Positions 18,233-27,245 are shown, counted from the stretch's first letter. The stretch: DNA of 32,000 bases from Promethearchaeota archaeon (GCA_030606485.1 JAUWGH010000007.1:30001-62000); one strand, 5' to 3'. Made by a program: numbers and translations. Notes: generated by a model not told the origin, from the sequence alone.

Positions 18233-18796
18233 ATGAAAATCCCTGAGGCTCGCATTCCCATCCTTATTGGACATAATGGAGAAATTAAAAAGGAAATTGA
18301 AAATTTAACAGGTACAAAATTAAATATTGATAGTAAGACAGGAGAAGTTGACATAGTTCAAAATTTTGAACCAAATAGTGAAAATTATAATCCTTTTAAT
18401 GTTTTATTAACTGAAAAAATAATCTCCGCAATAGGCCGAGGTTTTAATCCTAAAAAGGCTTTAAAATTACTAAAAGAAGATATATTTTTAGAAGTAATAA
18501 AGTTGGAGGATAAAATTGGTAAATCTCACAAAAAAATTAAACGAATAAAAGGTAGAATTATTGGTCGAAATGGGGAAATGAGAAAATCAATTGAAAAATT
18601 TTCTGGTGTATCAATGTCCGTTTACGGGAGAACTGTGAGCTTTGTTGGAGGATTTGAAGAAATTAAAATTGCTAGAAAAGCTCTCTCAATGATACTTTCT
18701 GGAGCTCCACTAAATGTAGTGTTAAGCTTTCTAGAAAAGAAATATAGGGAGATGAAAAAAGAAGAATTTCGTAAAATCTATAAACCCGAATTTTAG
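18233..18796 (+). CDS. dim2: Dim2/Pno1 KH-domain pre-rRNA processing protein
   Basis: RIPILIG..G, AIGRGF, RIKGRIIG..G, ISVYG-like (MSVYGRTVS) motifs; directly after rio1. Confidence 0.93.
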   Translation: MKIPEARIPILIGHNGEIKKEIENLTGTKLNIDSKTGEVDIVQNFEPNSENYNPFNVLLTEKIISAIGRGFNPKKALKLLKEDIFLEVIKLEDKIGKSHKKIKRIKGRIIGRNGEMRKSIEKFSGVSMSVYGRTVSFVGGFEEIKIARKALSMILSGAPLNVVLSFLEKKYREMKKEEFRKIYKPEF

Positions 18797-18802
18797 TGAG
18801 TT

Positions 18803-19174
18803 TTATAAAAATCCTTTTAAATCTTTTTTAGATGCATAACTTAATATATCAACACCACAGAATACTTTCTTTAAATTTTTTAACAAATCCTCTCTGTTCT
18901 CAATTTCTTTGATTGAATAAAGTTCAATAAATTTTTCTTTACCCGCCTTAATATCAAATGTTCTTTCATAAGAATAAATTGAGAAATTATTATTATCATA
19001 TTTTTTGTGAATAACAATTAAACGGGGATAAATTTTATCTTGCTCTTCTAAAAATAATGTATATCCCTCTAGAAAGTATTCTTTTTTTATTTTGAAAATA
19101 TAATTCCAAATGCTTAGATTAAATATGATATATTCAATCTCAGTTTGAATATCATCATTACTTTCTATATCCAT
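18803..19174 (-). CDS. Hypothetical protein (123 aa)
   Basis: ATG-started ORF with normal composition that fills the gap between ftsZ and dim2; no family recognised. Confidence 0.7.
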   Translation of the reverse strand: MDIESNDDIQTEIEYIIFNLSIWNYIFKIKKEYFLEGYTLFLEEQDKIYPRLIVIHKKYDNNNFSIYSYERTFDIKAGKEKFIELYSIKEIENREDLLKNLKKVFCGVDILSYASKKDLKGFL

Positions 19175-19274
19175 ACATTAGAAATATAAAAAGAACAATA
19201 TTTAAACTCAACAATAATATTTTAGAAAAAATAATTCTTCTTTTTAAGAGTTATTAAATAAAAAATTGATGAAT

Positions 19275-20381
19275 TTATTCAGTAGAAACTTCATTTAATT
19301 TAAACATTGCATCACTTAGTGTAGGTCGTGATCTAGGAATTTTAGGATTCAATATAGCTGGTCTTGGAGTATAACCAGTTCCTGTTATTTGAGGTGATTT
19401 AATGCCAGTAAGTAATAACATAACTCGAATATATCCTTCAAGATCGTCTGCAATCCTCGCTCCCCAAATTACTAGCGCATCTTTTGAATCCATTTTCTCT
19501 GAAATTATTTCAGCAACCTTATTGACTTCCCCTAATGTCATATCAGGCCCACCACTTACATGTATTAATGCCCCTTTTGCACCTTGAATATCCAAATCTA
19601 ATAAGGGGGAATTCAACGCATCATTAATCGCTTCATCAACTCGGTTTTCAGGACTATTTGATTCTCCTACGCCCACTATGGTAACACCACCAGCACATAA
19701 TATAGTTCTAACATCTGCGAAATCTAAATTTATTAATGACGGTAATGAAATCGTTTCCGTAATTCCTTTCACGATCGTAGCCAACACCTCGTCCGCAACG
19801 CTAAATGCCTCTAATAAAGGTAAATCTGGGGCGATTTCTAATAAATTATTATTATCAATAACGATTAAAGTATCTACATATTGTCTTAATATGTTAAGCC
19901 CCTTTAGGGCTTTTGCCATTCTTCCTTTTTCAGATTTAAATGGTAAAGTGACAACACTAACTACAATTGCTCCTTCTAACTTTGCAATTTCTGCAATTAC
20001 AGGAGCACTTCCAGTTCCTGTTCCACCACCTTCCCCACAGGCAATAAAAACGAGATCTGAATCTCTTAATGCATGAGTTAATTCTTTTCTTGATTCCTCC
20101 GCTGCTGCTTTTCCTATTGATGGATTTCCACCGGCACCCAACCCCCTCGTTAAATTTCTGCCAATTAATATTTTTTGATGAGAATCTATTGCATCTAGAT
20201 GTTGTTTATCTGTATTTATTCCAATACAAGTTGCACCTCTAATTCCTATTTTCATAAGACGATGTATTGTATTATTTCCGGCTCCTCCAGTCCCAATAAT
20301 TTTTATATTGGCTGAACATAATGTTTGAGCTTTAGGTCTAACTAATTCTCTCTTTTTTGCTGCTTTGATGAAACTTTCCAT
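19275..20381 (-). CDS. ftsZ: Cell division protein FtsZ
   Basis: IKIIGTGGAGNN, INTD, TRGLGAGG, GEGGGTGTG, PFKSE, IDN, LINLDFADV, IWGA motifs. ATG 20381 (MESFIKAAK) is preferred to 20432. Confidence 0.96.
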   Translation of the reverse strand: MESFIKAAKKRELVRPKAQTLCSANIKIIGTGGAGNNTIHRLMKIGIRGATCIGINTDKQHLDAIDSHQKILIGRNLTRGLGAGGNPSIGKAAAEESRKELTHALRDSDLVFIACGEGGGTGTGSAPVIAEIAKLEGAIVVSVVTLPFKSEKGRMAKALKGLNILRQYVDTLIVIDNNNLLEIAPDLPLLEAFSVADEVLATIVKGITETISLPSLINLDFADVRTILCAGGVTIVGVGESNSPENRVDEAINDALNSPLLDLDIQGAKGALIHVSGGPDMTLGEVNKVAEIISEKMDSKDALVIWGARIADDLEGYIRVMLLLTGIKSPQITGTGYTPRPAILNPKIPRSRPTLSDAMFKLNEVSTE

Positions 20382-20469
20382 AAAAAATTCACTTAATATT
20401 ATATATCTGGTTATAAAAAAATCAAAAAACAAAAATTTGAAATAATATATTACGTGGATGATACCAGAA

Positions 20470-21690
20470 TTAAAGTGAAAAATCTTGGTGTTTTGTGGGA
20501 TTAAATATTGTTTTATATTCTTTACTTTTAACTAGCAAAATAGCTGGTAGCTTATATGGAAATCTATTAGAAAACGTTAAACAATAAGCACCAACATTGG
20601 AAATAAGAACTCTATCTCCAATTTTTAAAGTAGGAGTAAAATAATAATCCTTTGCCAAAACGTCTTGATCAGAAGGTATTATACCCGCAATAGATGTTTT
20701 AGTATTATAAGATTCGTTTAAATTATTCAAATTATAAAACCTTAAATTACAACGCGCAAATTTAGGAACAATATGATTTCCAATATTTAGAAATATCCAT
20801 CTATTATCAGTAATATTTATTATTTTTGACATTAAAATACCTGCATCACCAACTAGAAAGCGTCCTGGCTCAAAATAAACGTTTAAATGAGAAAAATCAT
20901 ATTCTTGTAGTAATTTCTTTACACTTAGTGCAAAATTTTCAAGTCTTTCCTTTTTAAATACGACAGCTTCAGGAAACCCTCCACCAAAATTTATATTTTT
21001 TATATCAATATGCAAATTTTTTTGTAATTTCTTTAAACTTGTTAATAAAGAAATACAATTTTTTTTTAAGAGATCGATACTATTCATCTGAGTACTAAAA
21101 TGGGAAAGAATTGTAGTTAATTCTATATTTTTGCACTCAGATAAAATTAGATGCAATTTTTCTATTGTACTTTCATTAATTTCAACACCTAAACGTGCAT
21201 TATATTTCCCCGAATTAATTCTTAAACATATTTTTTGAGTTTTATTATAATTTTTTGCAAGATCATTGATTCTTTTTATATCTAAGAGACTGTAGGCTAT
21301 AATTTCTTTTATATTATTGTCTAGACATTTTAAAATTAACTGATCGGTTAAATAAATACCCCCTACAATTATTTTATTGGGAGAAAAATTAAGTTTTAAT
21401 GCTAATTCTAATTCAGGCAGACTAATAATTTCAGCACCAAAATTTCCCTCTTTAATAATTCTACAAATTTCATGCAAGTAATTTGCTTTAAATGAATAAA
21501 ATCCTTCATATCTTTCAAAATGTGAAGAAAATACACTATTAAAAATATTTATATTATCTTTAATCCGGTTTTCTAAAAACACAAAATAAGGCGTACTAAA
21601 ATCCTTTTCCAAAATAGAGTATTCTAATTCATCAAAATAAAATTTTCCTTGATCTTTCTTTAGATACGGATTTCCTGCAATAACTTTCAT
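20470..21690 (-). CDS. Fold-type III PLP enzyme (LysA/ODC family), atypical
   Basis: YSFKANY (PLP lysine), ARLGV, HFSTQ, NFGGGF, FEPGRFLV, NVGAY motifs. The usual GPxCxxxD reads GIIPSDQD. Confidence 0.85.
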   Translation of the reverse strand: MKVIAGNPYLKKDQGKFYFDELEYSILEKDFSTPYFVFLENRIKDNINIFNSVFSSHFERYEGFYSFKANYLHEICRIIKEGNFGAEIISLPELELALKLNFSPNKIIVGGIYLTDQLILKCLDNNIKEIIAYSLLDIKRINDLAKNYNKTQKICLRINSGKYNARLGVEINESTIEKLHLILSECKNIELTTILSHFSTQMNSIDLLKKNCISLLTSLKKLQKNLHIDIKNINFGGGFPEAVVFKKERLENFALSVKKLLQEYDFSHLNVYFEPGRFLVGDAGILMSKIINITDNRWIFLNIGNHIVPKFARCNLRFYNLNNLNESYNTKTSIAGIIPSDQDVLAKDYYFTPTLKIGDRVLISNVGAYCLTFSNRFPYKLPAILLVKSKEYKTIFNPTKHQDFSL

Positions 21691-21703
21691 GATGTTATTT
21701 ACT

Positions 21704-22993
21704 TTAAGAATTATTTCCTTCGATTAATTTATTATAGATTTTAAATATTTTTTCAGATATATGACTCCATAAATAATTCTTGTCTTTTATTTTCTGATAT
21801 CCTGCTTTGCCAATTTGTTTAGCATATTTTTTATTTTTCAAAAGATAAACTATTTTACTGCAAATATCTTCAGTATTATCAAATTCTACTAATAACCCAT
21901 TTTTTCCATTATCAATAACCTCTGGAGTGCTCCCAATATTAGCACCTATAACAGGCTTCTTGAATACCCATGCTTCTAAGAATGATATGCCAAAAGCATC
22001 TGAGCGGGAAGGCATAACATAGATATCACATTCTCTAAATGCAGATATTTTTTTTGTATCAAAATAACCTTTCAAATTTGAAGGAGATAAATTAACGATA
22101 TATTTATTTTTGAGTTTTTTAACCTTTTTTAACTCTCTATTAAAAGCCTCAGTGCTGGGACCTATAAATGTAAAAATTACATTCTTCTTATTCTTTAAAA
22201 TTAATGGAATTGCTTTAAGAAGAGATATTGCTCCTTTTTCAAAATTTTTATTACCGCAAAACAAAATCATTGGAGATTTTTGCTGTTTATTTCCAAAAAA
22301 AGTCCTTTTAAAATTAATTTTATTACACTTTTCATAATATTCCAAATCTATACCCATAGGAACAATTTCAATTTTTTCCGATTTTACCCCATTTTTAATT
22401 AAATATCTTTTCTCTAAAGATGTACAACATATTATCATATCAAATTTCTTTAGCAGTTCAATATAAAACGGATTTTGATACCTTTGATTTGCAAAATGGA
22501 AAAAAGGAGTACAAACAGTTGGAATATTATACATTTTACCTAAAACTAAGCTGATTAAATTATTTAAATAAGGTAGATAAGTGGAATGAATTAAATCATA
22601 TTTCATTTCATTTTCTTTTTCAAAATAATTTAAAATTTCAGAAATATTTGGACCGTTTTTAAGGAATAACTCTAAAATCTCACGAGAAATACTTAAACTT
22701 TCATAACTTGGAAATTTTTTAATAAAAGATATCTGTTCATCTAAGGTTTGGTTATATTTTATAGGAATGCGATTGATCGTTAAATTATTCACTTTCTTAA
22801 AATACATACTTTCCGTGGTAATTCTTTTTCCTTTTTGAGTGGTTAAAGCTGAAAAATCAAGAGCATTTGAACAATATATTTCAATTTCGCAATGATTAAT
22901 TTCTGATAAAATCTCAGAAATCCTTTGAAAATAAAGCTCTGCACCTGATATTGAGGGAAAAAATTTTGTAGAAAAATGTAAAATTGTTTTCAC
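21704..22993 (-). CDS. Glycosyltransferase family 4 (GT-B)
   Basis: FFPSISGAE, VPMGID, KGA..LLKA, YVMPSRSDAFGISFLEAW, PVIG, NGKNGLLV motifs. GTG 22993 (MKTILHF) is preferred to TTG 23011. Confidence 0.92.
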   Translation of the reverse strand: MKTILHFSTKFFPSISGAELYFQRISEILSEINHCEIEIYCSNALDFSALTTQKGKRITTESMYFKKVNNLTINRIPIKYNQTLDEQISFIKKFPSYESLSISREILELFLKNGPNISEILNYFEKENEMKYDLIHSTYLPYLNNLISLVLGKMYNIPTVCTPFFHFANQRYQNPFYIELLKKFDMIICCTSLEKRYLIKNGVKSEKIEIVPMGIDLEYYEKCNKINFKRTFFGNKQQKSPMILFCGNKNFEKGAISLLKAIPLILKNKKNVIFTFIGPSTEAFNRELKKVKKLKNKYIVNLSPSNLKGYFDTKKISAFRECDIYVMPSRSDAFGISFLEAWVFKKPVIGANIGSTPEVIDNGKNGLLVEFDNTEDICSKIVYLLKNKKYAKQIGKAGYQKIKDKNYLWSHISEKIFKIYNKLIEGNNS

Positions 22994-23057
22994 AATTATT
23001 AAAAATTTCAAGTTTAAAAAAACTATGACTTTTTAAAATTAATTATGATAAAAGGTT

Positions 23058-24851
23058 ATGCAAGCAAAAAAAAATGGATCAGATGAGATAATTCAAGCAG
23101 AAAGTTTGAAGTTTGCAAAATATTTATCGAACAATATGAATCAAGAACAAATAAATCATACTAAGAGAGTTTCCCCATTCCAAGAGTTTAAATCATTACC
23201 AAAATTATTTAAGGATAAATCAAATCACCCGAATAATTCAATTCTCTCGATTTATTCTACACTTTTATCTTTCTTCAAAAATTCTTCATTTAAAATTATA
23301 CAATTTCCTTTTATTAAAACCCCATCTTTCATTTTTATTATTCATGGCAAAATTTTCCATAAAAACCGGATAATATTTAGAGCTTTTGGAAAAGGACTAA
23401 CAATTGCATTAGCAATGGCTAGTCTTTACGGAGAATTTATTGAAAGAATTCAAGCAGGGTTTTTTTTTTCCCAAAATCCTTACAAACCTCGGATCATCCC
23501 TTATTATGAACCAAGTAATTCTAAAATAATTACAGATGAAATGAAAAAACTCAATTTTCAAGATTTTTTACCTCTTTTTAAAGAAAAATGCCATCCGTTT
23601 GTCGAAAAATTTCTACCTTCTTCTGAAAAAGAATTATTATATTATTGCCCTTATCAAGATTTAACCTCTAAAAAAATTACCTGGATAATGACTAGGGTGA
23701 ATAGATTCACTACTGGATTTGCAAGCGGAAATTCTTACGAAGAAGCATTTGTGCAAGCTTTTTGTGAAATTGTTGAACGTTATTCTTCATTTATGGTTTT
23801 AAAAAATCAAATTAAATTGCCAACAATTCCTAACCATAAATTTTCTTCGCAAATTCAAAATATTATTAAGAAATTCGAACAAGAAGGCATACAGATTATA
23901 GTTAAAGATGCTTCTCTCGATTTGAATATTCCTAGTGTTGGAGTATTATTTAATTTTAAAAATGGAAAAACAAAAAGATTTCTGCTTACTTTTGGAGCAG
24001 CATCTTCATTGGATGTTGCAGTAGAACGGTGTCTCGGTGAAGCCGAACAAGATGCAAATAGTTTAACAACACGTAGTATATTTAATCATCAATATTGTCG
24101 TTCAATTATTAATCTATACAAAACATTTCATTTAGAGACGGTTTTACCTCTTAGGGATTATTTTGTGGAAGCGTACGCACAATCTAATTTTTTCCCTTCT
24201 GAATATGTAGAATTCTTAAAGGAAGATTATGGATCCCCTGAATATGAAGAATTTTATAAAATTGATTTACTGGATGAAATTAATTATATTTTTCATTTCC
24301 TAGGTAAAAAGGATTATCGAATTTACATGAAAGATTGTAACTGGTTAGGTTTTCCTTGCATAAAACTTTTTATACCAGAGTTAAATGTTGGTTATGGTCA
24401 ATTGATTAAATATTCTAATTTTAAGTTCGAGAAATTTAAACAGAAATTATTAACTAACTTTTCTGATATTACTAAGGATGATTTGAAAATTTTGGATACT
24501 CCTGAATTCATCTTATTGCTTTCTCATTTAAAAACTTTAAATAGTTTTTTTCAGATTGATTGTGAAAGTTTAGAGCGATATAGTTCGTGGAAGTTTTTTG
24601 GACTATTGGCATTTGCACTAAATCGTGAAAACTTAGCAATAAAGTATCTCAAACAGGTTGCACTTTCAATTCCAAGATTAAGAAATAAAAATGAGGTTCT
24701 TTCTGAATTAGCTCAGATTCTTCCGGATTGCCAAAGGTCATGTGAAGAATGCCGATTTATGGAAGAATGCAAATTTCTTATTCTAAAAGAATTTGAATCA
24801 AAGGTTGTAAAGGCATTTCCACGTTATTTGCGTAGATTAGAAGAAATATAG
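23058..24851 (+). CDS. ycaO: YcaO-family ATP-dependent peptide backbone-modifying enzyme with C-terminal Cys4 domain
   Basis: FGKG..AMASLYGEFIER, TTGFASGNSYEEAFVQAFCEIVER, AVERCLGEAEQ, LGFPCIKLFIP motifs; tail CQRSCEECRFMEEC. Confidence 0.9.
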   Translation: MQAKKNGSDEIIQAESLKFAKYLSNNMNQEQINHTKRVSPFQEFKSLPKLFKDKSNHPNNSILSIYSTLLSFFKNSSFKIIQFPFIKTPSFIFIIHGKIFHKNRIIFRAFGKGLTIALAMASLYGEFIERIQAGFFFSQNPYKPRIIPYYEPSNSKIITDEMKKLNFQDFLPLFKEKCHPFVEKFLPSSEKELLYYCPYQDLTSKKITWIMTRVNRFTTGFASGNSYEEAFVQAFCEIVERYSSFMVLKNQIKLPTIPNHKFSSQIQNIIKKFEQEGIQIIVKDASLDLNIPSVGVLFNFKNGKTKRFLLTFGAASSLDVAVERCLGEAEQDANSLTTRSIFNHQYCRSIINLYKTFHLETVLPLRDYFVEAYAQSNFFPSEYVEFLKEDYGSPEYEEFYKIDLLDEINYIFHFLGKKDYRIYMKDCNWLGFPCIKLFIPELNVGYGQLIKYSNFKFEKFKQKLLTNFSDITKDDLKILDTPEFILLLSHLKTLNSFFQIDCESLERYSSWKFFGLLAFALNRENLAIKYLKQVALSIPRLRNKNEVLSELAQILPDCQRSCEECRFMEECKFLILKEFESKVVKAFPRYLRRLEEI

Positions 24852-24994
24852 TTGGGGGAATTGATCACAAAATTTAAAATTGGTATGGTGATTATATTGA
24901 AAAAGGAGAAAAACCTTGGTTTGTTTCCGATTTCTTAGTTTTACATAAATATTTTCCCAACGTTCAAAATGTCAATTAGGACTGGTACTAAACA

Positions 24995-25107
24995 GTAAAT
25001 TGGAGGTCTGCCAAGTTATAAATATGAAATTTTCTTTTTTATTTATAAATAATTATAAAAATATGTAACTATAAATTAAGATATAAGGTAAAAGAACCTC
25101 CAAATAC
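24995..25107. repeat. Inverted repeat pair TTGGAGGT / ACCTCCAA flanking an ~88-bp AT-rich spacer
   Basis: TTGGAGGT at 25000-25007 and ACCTCCAA at 25096-25103, with an imperfect GTA/TAC extension outward. Confidence 0.45.
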
Positions 25108-25154
25108 ATATCATATTTTCATTTTAAGAACGAGTTTTTTAGAAAATAAAGGAT

Positions 25155-25437
25155 GTGTCGCAGATAAGAAAAAAATTAGATGAAAGAATGCAAAAAGAAA
25201 GAGAAGAGGAAATTCGTCAGAATCCAACCGATAAGGGACGTTCCTAATCTTGAGCTCGTGTCATTCTTTAACCCGGATTCTTTTTCAAGGGCAGATATTG
25301 ATGAGATAAATAAGGAATTAAAAGAAGAGGAATTCGAATTATCTTTATGTGAGAAAGGAGAGGGATATGGGGTACATTCTCACGTTCTTGAGATATGGGC
25401 AAAGCCCGAAAATAATGAAGATTATGAAGGAGATTAA
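25155..25437 (+). CDS. Small acidic protein (~93 aa) apparently split across two frames (+1 shift near 25236-25247)
   Basis: GTG 25155 gives MSQIRKKLDERMQKEREEEIRQNPTDKGRS then TAA 25245-25247. The +1 frame continues NLELVSFFNPDSFSRADIDEINKELK...YEGD to TAA 25437, which overlaps the next ATG. Confidence 0.5.
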
Positions 25438-25838
25438 TGTTTATGAGAAAAAATGTTTTTAATTCCCTTTTAAAAAAAATTGAAGAAAAGAGTGAATTAA
25501 CGGAGGATATAATAGAGGAACTAAAAGAACTTTTTCCAGATAAAATCGAAAAAACCTTAGAAATTTTGAAAAAAGGAATAATCCAATATACTTTTTCCCC
25601 TTCGGGAAGAAAAATATGGGCAGTAGTTGGCAGTAAAAATGATTTACATCTCATTTATCCCTATACATACTGTAGTTGCTTGGATTTTTATAAGAGTGTT
25701 GTGATAAATAGAAAGAGTATTTTATGCAAACATTTAATCGCACATTTAATCTCTTCTAGTTTGAACAGTTTTGAGGAGGTTTCTTTAAAAGACGAGGATT
25801 TCAGTAAATTTTTAAAACAATTTAAAATTAAAATTTAA
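25437..25838 (+). CDS. SWIM zinc-finger protein (archaeal Sws1-like)
   Basis: IWAVVG...YCSCLDFY...LCKHLIA (CxC..CxH); TAATG coupling to the upstream small ORF. Confidence 0.85.
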   Translation: MFMRKNVFNSLLKKIEEKSELTEDIIEELKELFPDKIEKTLEILKKGIIQYTFSPSGRKIWAVVGSKNDLHLIYPYTYCSCLDFYKSVVINRKSILCKHLIAHLISSSLNSFEEVSLKDEDFSKFLKQFKIKI

Positions 25839-26473
25839 ATCTCAATTATCTCCGCTTCTTTTATTGATTGATCAATCAATGATAAAATTGGAATATTTTT
25901 TTCTGATTCCTCAATTATTGGAACTTTAGCATGGGTTTCGGGGTATTCTGGAAAATTTGTACAAAAATCTGATTTCTCTGAGCAAACCTCATATAGACCA
26001 ATTTTTCTGCTTATATTAAAAACATCCAATTTATTGAAACCTATTAGTGGTCTTATTATAGTTGCATTCTCTGAAATTTGCTGATATGTATATAGATTAT
26101 CCAATGTTTGACTTGCTTGTTCTCCTAATATATCACCTGTTAAAATTAAATTTGTTCCTTCCGATTCCCCAATTTTTTTTGCAATTCTGATCATAAATCT
26201 CTTACATAAAATACAAGTTAATTTCCTCTCACAATTTTCTTTTAAAAATGTTAAATTATTGGTATGATTAATGAAGAGTATCTTTATCTTTTCATTTTGA
26301 ATAAAAGATGAGAGAATTTTTACGATCTTTATTATTTTACTTTTAAATTTATTAATAATTTCATTATTTGTGATAAATGAGACGCAAACTGGGAGAAAAC
26401 CTTGTTTTATCATCAAATAAGTGGCAATAGGGCTATCAAATCCTTCAGAAAGTAAACTAATTATTTTCTTCAT
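25835..26473 (-). CDS. ThiI-like PP-loop sulfurtransferase, catalytic domain only (no THUMP)
   Basis: LLSEGFDSPIA, CILCKRFM, TGDILGEQASQTL, RPLIG, DFC motifs; only 212 aa. Confidence 0.85.
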   Translation of the reverse strand: MKKIISLLSEGFDSPIATYLMIKQGFLPVCVSFITNNEIINKFKSKIIKIVKILSSFIQNEKIKILFINHTNNLTFLKENCERKLTCILCKRFMIRIAKKIGESEGTNLILTGDILGEQASQTLDNLYTYQQISENATIIRPLIGFNKLDVFNISRKIGLYEVCSEKSDFCTNFPEYPETHAKVPIIEESEKNIPILSLIDQSIKEAEIIEI

Positions 26474-27105
26474 ACTCTAATTTCAACCCTTTCCCATTGT
26501 TTTAGATATTTATTGAAATTTATGTTTGAAATTTTCCTAAATATTTTAATCTTGTTTGCTTTCTCTAATTCTCTTAATTTTAACATAATACTCTTGTTTC
26601 TATTTAGATGTTCTTGTGCATATATATATTCACGTGGAAAGATTTTTTTAATTTGCTCAAGATCAATATTGTATAAATTATCATAGTTTTCAATGACCCA
26701 TTTACATAAAGGATCTATGCTAATTTTAAAATTAAAAGCATCCTCTTGCTTTATTGCCAATGGATAAGCTCTACATGCAAGTGGTTTCACATCATGTACT
26801 TGGCAACCATTTTTAATATGAAAGGCGCACTGCTTATTATTATTATCCAATCTAATTCGCCATGTAACAACTAAAATTTTTTGATTTTTTTCATCTGGAA
26901 AAACTAAATCTTCAATTATTTTAAAAGAAACATTACTCTTTTTTGCAATTTCAATTAATCTATCTGCTTCATTAGGATAAAGTGGAATCCTTTTATAAGT
27001 AGGATATTCGATTGTCCCAGGCACCTCTGAGCAACAAGTACCGCAATTTTTGCATCTATACTTTAACTCTTTCATTAATATCATCTTAGAAACATTATTT
27101 CGCAT
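26470..27105 (-). CDS. YkgJ-family cysteine-cluster (Fe-S/Zn) protein
   Basis: CKNCGTCC, CAFH...CQVHDVKPLACRAYP motifs; 4-bp overlap with the thiI-like gene. Start may be at a later ATG. Confidence 0.87.
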   Translation of the reverse strand: MRNNVSKMILMKELKYRCKNCGTCCSEVPGTIEYPTYKRIPLYPNEADRLIEIAKKSNVSFKIIEDLVFPDEKNQKILVVTWRIRLDNNNKQCAFHIKNGCQVHDVKPLACRAYPLAIKQEDAFNFKISIDPLCKWVIENYDNLYNIDLEQIKKIFPREYIYAQEHLNRNKSIMLKLRELEKANKIKIFRKISNINFNKYLKQWERVEIRV

Positions 27106-27245
27106 ACTTAAATATTATGTTGGTATTGTTGTAAAGATATTTTAAATCTTATCTGAATACTCTCTTCGATATTACATCATTTAAATAAGAATATTTTTAG
27201 CATTAATTTTAGATAAAATCGATTTTTTAAAGGTAAAATAAAAAT

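Noticed and set aside
27181-27245. Recurrent AATCGA motif in several intergenic regions (for example 14625, 15581, 27217, 28384) as a regulator site
   Set aside because: It is short, partly palindromic and plausibly just BRE-like or chance in AT-rich DNA. An enrichment test is needed and could not be run.
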